Made by a program: the position numbers and the translations under genes | Assembly: GCA_963704165.1 (NCBI GenBank) | Contig: CAVPHD010000011.1 | Coordinates: 25,539-89,538, forward strand | Direction of reading: 5' to 3' | DNA length: 64,000 nt | DNA from: an uncultured delta proteobacterium | GTDB taxonomy: Bacteria > Myxococcota_A > UBA9160 > SZUA-336 | In this document: positions 19,347-32,097 of the stretch, piece after piece | Position numbering within the stretch: the first letter of the stretch is position 1 | How the letters are laid out: each line of letters opens with the position of its first letter | Notes under the pieces: generated by a model | The model's database searches: none | The model's input: the letters and a program-made list of their open reading frames with translations, nothing else | What the model was told of the DNA's origin: nothing

Positions 19347-20099
19347 ATGCCGGGATTGGTACTGCGCGACGATGCCGAGGGCGTGGCCGTGCTCACGTTG
19401 AACCGGCCCGACGTGCTGAACGCGCTGTCGCCGAAGCTCTTCGAGGAGCTCCGCGCACACGTCGAGCGGCTCGCGAGCGAAGTGGATTCGGTGGGCTGCG
19501 TGGTCCTTCGGGGCGCCGGGCGCTCGTTCTCGGCCGGGAACGACCTGAACGCGATCCGCGCCGGAGAGCGCGCACCGTCGGCGCACTTCCAGGCCGAGAC
19601 GCTCGATGCGCTCGAGCATCTGCCGCAGCCCGTGATCGCGTCGGTGCAGGGTCACTGCTACACGGGCGCACTCGAGCTCGTCCTGGCGTGCGATCTACTG
19701 GTCGTCGCCGAATCCGCGAAGCTCGCCGACACCCACGGGAAGTGGGGCATGACGCCGACCTGGGGGATGAGCCAGCGCCTGCCGCGCCGGATCGGGCCGC
19801 TGCGCGCGAAGGAGCTGATGTTCAGCGGCCGCGCCGTGTCCGGGCGCGATGCGGTCGCGCTCGGCCTCGCGAACGAATGCGTGCCGGATGCGGAGCTCGA
19901 ATCGCGCACGCTCGGACTCGCGCGTGAGATCGCCGCCAACTCGTGGTTCACGCTGCGCACCGAGAAGACGCTCCTGCGCGAGGGCGCCGGCCTGCCGCCA
20001 CGAGAGGCGCTCGCCTACGAACGTGCCCACAGTCCCGGCGCCGGGCCCGACATGAACGAGCGCCTCGCGGCCTTCGGGTCGAAGCAGAAGCCGCGCTAG
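19347..20099 (+). CDS. enoyl-CoA hydratase/isomerase family protein
   Basis: LNRPDVLNAL, FSAGNDL, GHCYTGALELVLACD. Confidence 0.92.
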   Translation: MPGLVLRDDAEGVAVLTLNRPDVLNALSPKLFEELRAHVERLASEVDSVGCVVLRGAGRSFSAGNDLNAIRAGERAPSAHFQAETLDALEHLPQPVIASVQGHCYTGALELVLACDLLVVAESAKLADTHGKWGMTPTWGMSQRLPRRIGPLRAKELMFSGRAVSGRDAVALGLANECVPDAELESRTLGLAREIAANSWFTLRTEKTLLREGAGLPPREALAYERAHSPGAGPDMNERLAAFGSKQKPR

Positions 20100-20503
20100 C
20101 AGCCCACGCAGGGAAGCTTCTTGTCGCGCCAGCCGCGCATGTCGCCCTCGAGGTGGACGACGCGAAAGCCCGCGCCCTCGAGCGCGTCGGCCGCCTTCGC
20201 GGCGCGGAATCCCCGCTCGCAGTAGACCACGACCTCGCGGTCCCGGGCGTCGCCGAGCTCCGAGATGCGATCTCCGACTTCGTCGTACGGCAGGTTCTTC
20301 GCACCGGCGATGTGGCCTGTGTCGAATTCCTTCGGCGAGCGAACGTCGAGCACCAGCGGCGGATCGGCGGCACCGAGTCGCTCGAGCAATTCGATGTCCG
20401 AGATCGAGGCCATGTCCCCCATGCAGCCGGATCCGAGCAGGACGATGACCACGAGGGCGAGTACCGTGCGGCCGCCCCGTTCGGGCGCGTACAATCGGCG
20501 CAT
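20096..20503 (-). CDS. rhodanese-like domain lipoprotein
   Basis: LDVRSPKEFDTGHIAGA, VYCERGFRA, LEGDMRGW; lipobox-like LGSGC. Confidence 0.88.
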   Translation of the reverse strand: MRRLYAPERGGRTVLALVVIVLLGSGCMGDMASISDIELLERLGAADPPLVLDVRSPKEFDTGHIAGAKNLPYDEVGDRISELGDARDREVVVYCERGFRAAKAADALEGAGFRVVHLEGDMRGWRDKKLPCVGC

Positions 20504-20596
20504 GAGAAGCTGAAATCTCCGTGTCACGGCGCAGATCATCCCCGACCGGGATGCGTTGCGCCAGCCGGGCCCGAACGAAAAACGTGAGGTGAAGAC

Positions 20597-21109
20597 ATGG
20601 CCGTGAAGAAGTTCCCGATCGAGGCGAGCCACATCTTGATGTTCGCGCGCGCGATCAACGATCCGAATCCGATCTACTCCGACGAGGACCACGCCGGGAA
20701 GTCGGAGGTCGGCGCGATCATCGCCCCGCCGACGTTCACGCAGGCATCCGCGCAGTTCGACCCCGACTACTTCCTTCGGCCCAAGTTCGGCCAGCCGTGG
20801 TTCGGCTCGGCCAAGGAACCCACCGGGCTGAAGCCGCGGGCATCCACGGGTGGCGGTGCAGCGCCGAGCGGTGCCGCCGCCGGAGGCCTGCACGCCGAGC
20901 AGCACTTCGAGTACCACCGGCCGCTCCGGGCCGGCGACGTGCTCACCGCGCGGAGCAAGCCCGGGAAGACCTGGGAGAAAGAGGGCCGAAGGGGCGGGAA
21001 GCTGCTCTTCTCCGAGTCGATCACCGAGTACTACGACGCCTCGGGCGAGCTCGTCGTGACCGCGCGCGGTGTCGGCGTGCGGACCGAACGCGTCATCGAG
21101 CAGAAGTAG
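20597..21109 (+). CDS. MaoC-like (FAS1-type) dehydratase subunit
   Basis: FARAINDPNPIY, APPTF, LHAEQHFEYHRPL. Confidence 0.88.
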   Translation: MAVKKFPIEASHILMFARAINDPNPIYSDEDHAGKSEVGAIIAPPTFTQASAQFDPDYFLRPKFGQPWFGSAKEPTGLKPRASTGGGAAPSGAAAGGLHAEQHFEYHRPLRAGDVLTARSKPGKTWEKEGRRGGKLLFSESITEYYDASGELVVTARGVGVRTERVIEQK

Positions 21110-21120
21110 GAGGATCCGAG

Positions 21121-21543
21121 ATGTCACTCCGAGCCAGTCAGCTGAAGGTCGGCGACATCCGCGAAGAGGTCGTGATCGAGAACCTCTCGCGCACACAGCT
21201 CGTGATGTACGCGGGCGCCTCGGGCGACTACAACCCGGTGCACACCGACGAGGTCTTCGCGACCAAGGTCGCCGGCTACCCCTCGGTGTTCGCGCACGGG
21301 ATGCTCAGCATGGGCGCGACCGGGCGCATGCTGACGAACTGGGTCGGCGACGGCCGGCTCACCAAGTACGGCGTGCGCTTCGTCTCTCAGGTCTGGCCCG
21401 GCGACTCGCTGACCGCGCGTGCGGTGGTCGAGGCGATTCGCGACGAGAACGGCGCGAAGTTCGCGGACTTCGCGGTCGTGACGGTGAACCAGGACGGGAA
21501 GGACGTCGTCTCGGGCTACGCCTGCGCGCGGCTCGATCCGTAG
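21121..21543 (+). CDS. MaoC family dehydratase
   Basis: YAGASGDYNPVHTD, FAHGM; RBS AGGAGG. Confidence 0.9.
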   Translation: MSLRASQLKVGDIREEVVIENLSRTQLVMYAGASGDYNPVHTDEVFATKVAGYPSVFAHGMLSMGATGRMLTNWVGDGRLTKYGVRFVSQVWPGDSLTARAVVEAIRDENGAKFADFAVVTVNQDGKDVVSGYACARLDP

Positions 21544-22445
21544 CGCGCGACGAATCCCAGGTAGGCGTGGACGTCGATCAGGTCCGCAGCGCCCGCCGGC
21601 TTGAGCCGATCGCAGAGCGCGCGGCCCATGCGCAGGAGCTTGTCGTAGGTCCGCGCGTTGGGCTCGGCCTGATAGGCGAGATCGAAACGCAGGCGCTCCG
21701 CCGCCGGTTTGCTCACGTCGGGCTTGAGCAGCAGGAACGCCCCCGGGCTGGCCAGGAACGGGAGCGCGGTGGCGAGCGTCCACTTCGCCGCCGTGGTCTT
21801 CGCGCGCAGGGACAAAGCCTCGACCGCCTCGAAATACGCGACGAGCGCTTCGCCGGTCTCGCTCCCGGCGGAGAGCAGGCGGAACAACGCGGCGAACAAC
21901 CCCTTGGCTCCCGCTTCGTCCGCGAGCCCATCGCGAAGCGCGGCGAACTCGGTGCGGTTCAGGATTCCCGCCTGCTTCGCAACCGCCAGAGAGCGCGTCG
22001 AGAGCTCCTGCACGTCCCCGTCGGCGAGCAGCTGCTCGCCCTGTCCGTTGCCCAGCGTCTCGGTCCACAGTTCGTGCGCGCTGGCTCGTGGAGCGCGCTC
22101 TCGGCCGACGTAGGACGGGTCCGAGAATCCCTGCGGGAACAGACGCACGAGTTCGCCCACACCTTCGTCGAACGCGACGCGCGGCTGGGTGACCTGGAAC
22201 TTTCCGTTCTTGAACGCAGGCAAGTTGTCGAGCCACGGATCGCTCTGCACCGCGGAGGCCTCGAGCGAGCGAAGCACCATCGTCTTCAGGCCGTCTCCCG
22301 ACGAATCGGTACCCGCATCGCGGAAACACACGACCGCCTTCGAGCCCTCGATCTGCATCACGCGTCCCGGCCCCCATTCGCGCATCCGCGGGTTCACGAC
22401 GTAGGTATCGGCCTCGATCACGGCGGCAGGGGCAGGGTCGCTCAA
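21516..22445 (-). CDS. hypothetical protein with DUF3553-like N-terminal domain
   Basis: N-terminal EWGPGRV...VCFRDAG motif; TTG start with GGAGGAG RBS. Confidence 0.6.
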   Translation of the reverse strand: MSDPAPAAVIEADTYVVNPRMREWGPGRVMQIEGSKAVVCFRDAGTDSSGDGLKTMVLRSLEASAVQSDPWLDNLPAFKNGKFQVTQPRVAFDEGVGELVRLFPQGFSDPSYVGRERAPRASAHELWTETLGNGQGEQLLADGDVQELSTRSLAVAKQAGILNRTEFAALRDGLADEAGAKGLFAALFRLLSAGSETGEALVAYFEAVEALSLRAKTTAAKWTLATALPFLASPGAFLLLKPDVSKPAAERLRFDLAYQAEPNARTYDKLLRMGRALCDRLKPAGAADLIDVHAYLGFVARYGSSRAQA

Positions 22446-22644
22446 GAGATCTCCTCCGGTGGTGCGCGTGGCGCAGTCGCCGACACGGTCGAGCGTCGAT
22501 CCGCCCGTACGTCCTCAAGCTAGCGTTTTATGGCAGCTTTCGCGCCGAAATGTTCCGCGCGGGCGGCGCGCGAAGCGTGGCATGATCGGGCGACGCGCAA
22601 GTGAAGCCCGTAGGGGTGCGAACAGGATGGAGGGACGGGGAGAC

Positions 22645-23406
22645 ATGGCGCTGCGATTGGATGGCAAGGTCGCACTGGTGACCGGCGGCTCGCGCGGGAT
22701 CGGCAAGGGAATCGCGAAGGCGTTCGCGCAGGCGGGCGCGCAGGTGATGATCACCTCGCGCAAGGCGGAGAGCTGCGAACAGGCCGCGAAGGAGATCGGC
22801 GCGACCGCGCTCTTCGAGACGAGCAACATCGGCCGGTACGAAGACGCCGAACGCGTGATCGCCGCGACGCTCGACCGGCTCGGCCGGCTCGACATCCTGG
22901 TCAACAACGCCGCGACCAATCCCTACGCCGGACCGACGATCGACGTCGATCTGCCGCGCTGGGAGAAGACGCTGCAGGTCAACCTGACCGCCCCGCTCTT
23001 CTGGACCCAGCTCGCGTGGCAGCGGTTCATGCGCGAGAACGGCGGTGCGGTCATCAACATCTCGAGCGTCGGCGGCTTCTCGACCAACCCGATCCTCGGC
23101 GTCTACGACGTGACCAAGGCCGCGCTGATCCATCTGACGAGGCAGCTCGCCGCCGAGTTGGGCCCGCGCGTGCGCGTGAACGCGATCGCGCCGGGCCTGA
23201 TCCGCACCGACTTCGCGCGCGCTCTCTGGGAGGACGGCCGCGGTGACCAGGTCGCCAAGGCCTACCCGCTGAAGCGTCTCGGCGAGCCCGAAGACGTCGC
23301 CGCCGCCGCGCTCTACCTCGCCTGCGACGATGCGAGCGGCTGGGTCACCGGCCATACGATCGTACTCGACGGCGGCGGCCTGATCGGCTTCAACCGCGTA
23401 GGCTGA
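22645..23406 (+). CDS. short-chain dehydrogenase/reductase (DHRS4-like)
   Basis: TGGSRGIG, NNAA, YDVTK, VRVNAIAPG. Confidence 0.93.
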   Translation: MALRLDGKVALVTGGSRGIGKGIAKAFAQAGAQVMITSRKAESCEQAAKEIGATALFETSNIGRYEDAERVIAATLDRLGRLDILVNNAATNPYAGPTIDVDLPRWEKTLQVNLTAPLFWTQLAWQRFMRENGGAVINISSVGGFSTNPILGVYDVTKAALIHLTRQLAAELGPRVRVNAIAPGLIRTDFARALWEDGRGDQVAKAYPLKRLGEPEDVAAAALYLACDDASGWVTGHTIVLDGGGLIGFNRVG

Positions 23407-23429
23407 AACACACGAGAAGGAGCTCCGAC

Positions 23430-23840
23430 GTGAAGGCCCTGAAGATCCTCGTCATCGCATGCGCCGTGTACGCAGGCATCGTCGCCGCTTTCGAATCCAT
23501 GCTCGGCTACTTCCAGCCGCAAGCCGGAACGACGCTCGTCATCACGACCATCGACGAAAGCGGTGCAGCACACCCGCGGGTGGTGTCACGGCTGGACAGC
23601 AACTCCGCGCTCTACGTCGCGGCGAACCATTGGCCCCGCGCCTGGTATCGCCAGGCGCTCGAGAACCCGAACGTTCGAGTCACGGCGGATGGGAAGGAGA
23701 CGTCCTACATCGCGGTTCCGGTGACCGGCGCGGAGCACGACCGCGTGAACGACGAGCACCGCCACGGAATCCTGTTCCGAATCCTGACGGGATTCCCGCC
23801 GCGGTACTTCCTTCGCCTCGATCCGGCGCCGCCCGGATAG
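23430..23840 (+). CDS. hypothetical protein, split-barrel/deazaflavin nitroreductase-like
   Basis: LYVAANHWPRAWYRQALENPNV; N-terminal hydrophobic helix; GAAGGAG RBS. Confidence 0.55.
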   Translation: MKALKILVIACAVYAGIVAAFESMLGYFQPQAGTTLVITTIDESGAAHPRVVSRLDSNSALYVAANHWPRAWYRQALENPNVRVTADGKETSYIAVPVTGAEHDRVNDEHRHGILFRILTGFPPRYFLRLDPAPPG

Positions 23841-24030
23841 CGGCGCGCCGCGCGCGCCGAACGCGTCGCCTTTCGGTGTAGGGATCACAGCGGGGGCGCA
23901 GCTGCGCTCCTCCCATGGCATTTTCGGACAAAACGCTTGATCCCGACCCCGCGAAGGCGCGACGATGGTACGCTAGGTGACGTCGTCTCCGGGCCCTGGA
24001 GAGACTCTCGAAACCTCTGGAGGGTCTTCG

Positions 24031-27435
<3,405 letters not shown>

Positions 27436-27521
27436 CCTCCCCCCATGCCGCGTCTGGTCTAGAATCGGTCTCCACCGGCGATCGCGTCGCGGAATCACCC
27501 AAACACCGTGAGGCAGAAACC

Positions 27522-28553
27522 ATGAGCAAGCTCACCGACGACCCACGCATCGACCCGCGCATCAAGGCCACGATGGGCATGATGCCGATGGAGCGCCAGA
27601 CCGACGCGAGGAGCCGCGAAGAGATGGTCGCCGAGGCCAACAGCCCCGAAGCCGTCTCCCGCATGGAGACGCTCAAGGCCGCCTTCTCCATGCTCGACAG
27701 TGAGCAGATCGCGCCGTCCACGGGACTGTCGATCGCGACGCACGAGTTCAAGTCGTCGCCCGACGGCAACACCATCAAGGTTCAGTTCATCCGCCCGGAG
27801 TCCGCGTCGCCCCTGCCCTGCGTGTACTACATCCACGGCGGCGGAATGCAGGTGATGTCGTGCTTCGACGGCATGTACAGGTCCTGGGGCCGAATCATCG
27901 CCGCGCAGGGCGTCGCGGTGGCGATGGTCGACTTCCGCAACTGCCTGACGCCGTCGTCCGCGCCGGAGATCGCACCCTTTCCGGCCGGGCTCAACGACTG
28001 CGTGTCCGGCGTGAAGTGGTTGCACGCCAACGCCGCGAAGCTCGGCGTCGATCCCGCGCACATCATCGTCGCGGGCGAGAGCGGCGGCGGGAACCTCACC
28101 CTGGCCACGGGCCTGAAGCTGAAGCAGGACGGGGACCTGGGTTTGATCCGCGGCTTGTACGCGCTCTGCCCGTACATCGCCGGAAGCTGGCCGCGCGAAG
28201 ACCTGCCGTCCTCGATCGAGAACAACGGCATCCTGCTCGACCTGCACAACAACCGCGGCGCGATGGCCTACGGCATCGCCGAGCTCGAGCGCAAGAACCA
28301 CCTGGCCTGGCCCGGCTTCGCGTCCGAGCAGGACGTGAAGGGCCTCGTGCCGACGGTGATCAGCGTGAACGAGTGCGATCCGCTGCGCGACGAAGGCATC
28401 GCCTTCTACCACCTGCTGCTCCGCGCCAACGTTCCCGCGCGCTGCCGGCAGGTGATGGGCACGATCCACGGCACGGAGATCTTCGCCATCGCGTGTCCCG
28501 ACATCAGTCGAGAAACGGCCGGCAGCATCGCGCAGTTCTGCCGCACGGCCTGA
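27522..28553 (+). CDS. alpha/beta hydrolase, HSL (family IV) esterase
   Basis: YIHGGG, GESGGG, DPLRDEG, H(G). Confidence 0.92.
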   Translation: MSKLTDDPRIDPRIKATMGMMPMERQTDARSREEMVAEANSPEAVSRMETLKAAFSMLDSEQIAPSTGLSIATHEFKSSPDGNTIKVQFIRPESASPLPCVYYIHGGGMQVMSCFDGMYRSWGRIIAAQGVAVAMVDFRNCLTPSSAPEIAPFPAGLNDCVSGVKWLHANAAKLGVDPAHIIVAGESGGGNLTLATGLKLKQDGDLGLIRGLYALCPYIAGSWPREDLPSSIENNGILLDLHNNRGAMAYGIAELERKNHLAWPGFASEQDVKGLVPTVISVNECDPLRDEGIAFYHLLLRANVPARCRQVMGTIHGTEIFAIACPDISRETAGSIAQFCRTA

Positions 28554-28600
28554 CACGCTCACGCTGAAGAGGAGCACCCGGAGCCGGGAGCCGCCGAGGC

Positions 28601-28648
28601 GCCCTGGACAAAGCCAACGACCCGCGCGGTCGAGGCCATGTCCAGGGC
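28601..28648. terminator. inverted repeat between convergent genes (possible bidirectional terminator)
   Basis: GCCCTGGACA ... TGTCCAGGGC 10-bp perfect stem with internal pairing; no U-tract. Confidence 0.45.
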
Positions 28649-28654
28649 CATTCG

Positions 28655-29038
28655 TCAGCTCGCCATGCGGTGCAGCGCGCAGATCTTGTTGCCCGCCGGA
28701 TCGCGGAGATAGGCGAGGTACATCGAGCCCATGCCGCCAGCGCGCACGCCCGGCGGGTCTTCACAGCTGACGCCGCCGTTCGCCACTCCGGCGGCATGCC
28801 ATGCCTTCACCTTCTCCTGCGAATCGGCCGCGAAGCCGATCGTGGCGCCGTTCGCCGCGCTGGCCGGAGCACCGTTGATCGGCTTCGTGATCGCGAAGAC
28901 GCCGGTCGGGGTCATGTAGAAGACCCGGCCCTTGTCGTCCTGGTTTCCGGGCTTGATCCCGAGCGCGCCCAGAGCCGCGTCGTAGAACTTCTTCGAGGCT
29001 GCGACATCGTTCGCACCCACCATGATGTGGCTGAACAT
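28655..29038 (-). CDS. VOC/glyoxalase family protein
   Basis: FSHIMVG, FYDAAL, YLAYLRDPAGNKIC. Confidence 0.92.
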   Translation of the reverse strand: MFSHIMVGANDVAASKKFYDAALGALGIKPGNQDDKGRVFYMTPTGVFAITKPINGAPASAANGATIGFAADSQEKVKAWHAAGVANGGVSCEDPPGVRAGGMGSMYLAYLRDPAGNKICALHRMAS

Positions 29039-29166
29039 TTCAGGTTTCTCCTACGGAAAGTTGATCGGAACTCAACGACGCAGCGGATACTACCACCCGA
29101 GCGCAACGTCGCGGCCCTCGTCGTCCTCATCGAGCCTCTCGCGATCGCGAGCGACGTGCGCGGTGG

Positions 29167-30819
29167 TTGCCGAACCGCGATGCCGCGTGGCCTCGCTCGG
29201 GCCGCGACGGACGGCTACGCTGGGCGCCCGTGGCTCGGTCCCCCACCTTCGATCTCGCGACGGAGCTCGCGAAGCCGGGCTTCACGCCGGGAGAGCGCGA
29301 CGCGTCGGGCCTCGTCGAGCTCATCGTCGCGGGCGGGGAGCCCGCGGCGAAGCGATCCGCTCGGGCACTCACGGAAATGCGCGACTGCGGACGCGCTGCG
29401 ATCGGAGCGCGGCTCGAATCCGCCGACGAAGCCGCGAGGGCACGCCTGGTCGCGGCACTCGGGCTGCTCGCGCGCCGTGGCGACGCGGAAGCGGCGAAGG
29501 CCGTGATCGCGCAGATGCAGGACACCGCGACGCGTGTACGGAGGGCCGCCGCCATCGCGCTCGGCAAGCTCGGCGGCGATACGGCGCGGGCTGCGTTGAT
29601 CGCGCGGTGGGACGCCGGCGACGTCGCACCCGACGAGCGGCGGGCGCTGACGGAGGCGCTCGGCAAAACGGGCGGCGACGTCGCCATCGCGCGGTTGACG
29701 GCTCTCGACCCAGGGGTCGACGTCGAGCTGCGTCGCATTCGCGATCGAGCGCTCTTGATGGCCGACCGGTCTGCGAAGCGCGAGGCAAGTTCGACGATCG
29801 CGACCGACATCGCGCCACCGTCGCCGCTCGTCGTTCGGCTCGCGTGCCGGCCGGGGCTGGCGCCGCTTCTCGCCGAGGAGTTGACTTCGATCGGCATGAC
29901 GCCGCGCTCGATCGACGTGGGTCACGTCGAGCTCGTACTCGCGGCGCCGTGGTCGACGCTCTTCGCCTCGCGCATGTGGGCGAGCGCAGCGATCCAGATT
30001 CCGATGTCGTTGCCGAAGCGCCCGGATGCCGGCGCGCTCTCGGCGGCGATCACGCGCGCGCTCACGGCCGATTCCACGCGCGCGCTCCTCGCATCGTGGA
30101 CGCGTGGACCCATCCGCTGGCGCATCGGATTCACGCGCGGTCACAAGCGGGCGATCGTGTGGCGGGTCGCGCGTGACGTCACCGCCGCGGCACCCGAGCT
30201 GATCAACGATCCCACCGCGACGACTTGGGACGTGCGCGTCGATGAAGAGGCGCCGACGCTGGAACTCGTCCCACGGCAGATCGAGGATCCGCGTTTCGGT
30301 TGGCGCGTCGCCGACGTGCCCGCCGCCTCGCACCCGACGGTCGCGGCGGCGCTCGCGTGGGTCGCCGGCGTCCGGCCCGAGGACCGCGTCTGGGATCCGT
30401 TCTGTGGCTCGGGCGCGGAGCTCGTCGAGCGGGCGCGTCGGGGCGCGTATCGCTCGCTGCTCGGCACGGATCTCGACGCCGACGCGCTCGCCGCCGCACG
30501 CGAGAACCTCGACGCATCGGGCCTCCGAGCGGAACTCTCGCTCGCCGACGCGCGCACGCACGAGGTCGGCACGGTGGACCTCGTCATCACGAACCCGCCG
30601 CTCGGCAGCCGCGTTCGGCTCGACGCCGCGGCGTTGCTGATCGACTCGCTGCCGAACCTGGTTCGTCAGCTCGCGCCGGCTGGGCGCCTCGTCTGGATCA
30701 CGCCCGCACCGCGCAGGACGACCCCGATCGCCCAGTCACTGAAGCTGCGCCGCGCCCGATCGCTCAACGTCGACCTCGGGGGTGTACGAGGTCAGCTGGA
30801 GCGCTGGGACGCAGAATAG
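29167..30819 (+). CDS. HEAT-repeat + RlmL/Trm14-like RNA amino-methyltransferase fusion
   Basis: HEAT: VRRAAAIALGKLG, EALGKTGG. MTase: ACRPGLAPLLAEEL, VWDPFCGSG, ITNPPLG. True start probably somewhat downstream. Confidence 0.72.
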   Translation: MPNRDAAWPRSGRDGRLRWAPVARSPTFDLATELAKPGFTPGERDASGLVELIVAGGEPAAKRSARALTEMRDCGRAAIGARLESADEAARARLVAALGLLARRGDAEAAKAVIAQMQDTATRVRRAAAIALGKLGGDTARAALIARWDAGDVAPDERRALTEALGKTGGDVAIARLTALDPGVDVELRRIRDRALLMADRSAKREASSTIATDIAPPSPLVVRLACRPGLAPLLAEELTSIGMTPRSIDVGHVELVLAAPWSTLFASRMWASAAIQIPMSLPKRPDAGALSAAITRALTADSTRALLASWTRGPIRWRIGFTRGHKRAIVWRVARDVTAAAPELINDPTATTWDVRVDEEAPTLELVPRQIEDPRFGWRVADVPAASHPTVAAALAWVAGVRPEDRVWDPFCGSGAELVERARRGAYRSLLGTDLDADALAAARENLDASGLRAELSLADARTHEVGTVDLVITNPPLGSRVRLDAAALLIDSLPNLVRQLAPAGRLVWITPAPRRTTPIAQSLKLRRARSLNVDLGGVRGQLERWDAE

Positions 30820-30822
30820 ACA

Positions 30823-32097
30823 TTGCCCTCGCCGGCTCCGCACGAGAGACTGCGGCCACTCTCTCGAGGTGGGAACGTGCGCGTTGGGTTCATCAGTTCG
30901 GAGAAGGTGGACGACGCCTCCGCATTCAGCGGCATGCCGGCAGCCGCTTGGGCGGCACTCGATCGGCAGGGCTTCGACTTGGTGCATCTCGATTCAGGTT
31001 CGCTCGGAGGGGAACTCAATAGATTTCGCGACCGGCTCTACCCTCTGGCACGGAGGCTGATTCCCGCCGCGAAGCGCTGGCGCGCGCGACGGCGCGTCGA
31101 GGCGGTGCTCGACCACATCCCGAGACCGTTCGAGTACCAGCGGCTGATTGCGAGTGCCGTCGCGCGCAGCCAGCGCATTCAGATGCTTGCAGAGCGCGCC
31201 GACGTGGACGTGTTGTTTGGACTCTGCGTGAGCGTCGAGCTCTGCGCGCTCGATACCGCTCTGCCGATCGTCTACGCGACCGACGCCACGCCGCGCCTGA
31301 TCCGTGCCACCTATCCGGAGCACGCGCACCACACCCGCGCGTTCTGGCGAGCGTGCGAGGAGATCGAGAGCCGGAGCTTGCGGCGGATCAGCTTCGGGAT
31401 CTTTCCGTCGGAGCGGACGCGTCGCTCGGCCGTCGATGATTACGGTCTCTCGCTCGAGCGCAGTTGTCTTCTGCCGCTCGGCGCGCACGTGGTGCCGGCG
31501 GAATCCGATGCGCCACTGCGCCCGGATCCACCCGGGCCCGACGCCATCGAGCTCGTCTGCGTGATGGCCGATCCCGTGCGCAAACGCCTCGACTTCTGCA
31601 TCGACGTTGCCGAGGAGCTCGTGCGGCGTGGGATCTCGGTCCGGCTCAATCAGGTCGGGCCCCCCACGTCGCGCGCCCTTCGCTCGAGCGTGGTGCACTG
31701 CGCCGGCGCGCTGCGCCTGTCGGATCCCGCCGACCGACGGACGCACGTGGAACTGCTCCGGCGCAGCCACCTGCTGCTGCTGCCATCGCTGGGCGAGATG
31801 TTCGGTATCGCGCCCTGCGAGGCGGCGCACTTCGGGCGGCCGAGCCTGGTGAGCGACGCGGGTGGCCTGCCGAACGCGGTGCTGCACGAGAGGACGGGAC
31901 TCGTGCTTCCGGTCGATGTCCCGCCCGCGCGATACGCCGACGAGATCGCGAAGCTGTGTCACGACCCGGAGCGCTACCGCCGGCTTTCCGAGTCGGCGCT
32001 CCATCGCGCGCGCACCGAGCTCAACTGGGATGCCTGGGGAAGTGCGATCGCATCCATCCTCGAGTCCACCGTCCGACGCGAGTCCGCCCATGACTGA
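30823..32097 (+). CDS. glycosyltransferase family 4
   Basis: LLPSLGEMFGIAPCEAAHFGRP...AGGLP GT-B motif. Confidence 0.88.
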   Translation: MPSPAPHERLRPLSRGGNVRVGFISSEKVDDASAFSGMPAAAWAALDRQGFDLVHLDSGSLGGELNRFRDRLYPLARRLIPAAKRWRARRRVEAVLDHIPRPFEYQRLIASAVARSQRIQMLAERADVDVLFGLCVSVELCALDTALPIVYATDATPRLIRATYPEHAHHTRAFWRACEEIESRSLRRISFGIFPSERTRRSAVDDYGLSLERSCLLPLGAHVVPAESDAPLRPDPPGPDAIELVCVMADPVRKRLDFCIDVAEELVRRGISVRLNQVGPPTSRALRSSVVHCAGALRLSDPADRRTHVELLRRSHLLLLPSLGEMFGIAPCEAAHFGRPSLVSDAGGLPNAVLHERTGLVLPVDVPPARYADEIAKLCHDPERYRRLSESALHRARTELNWDAWGSAIASILESTVRRESAHD

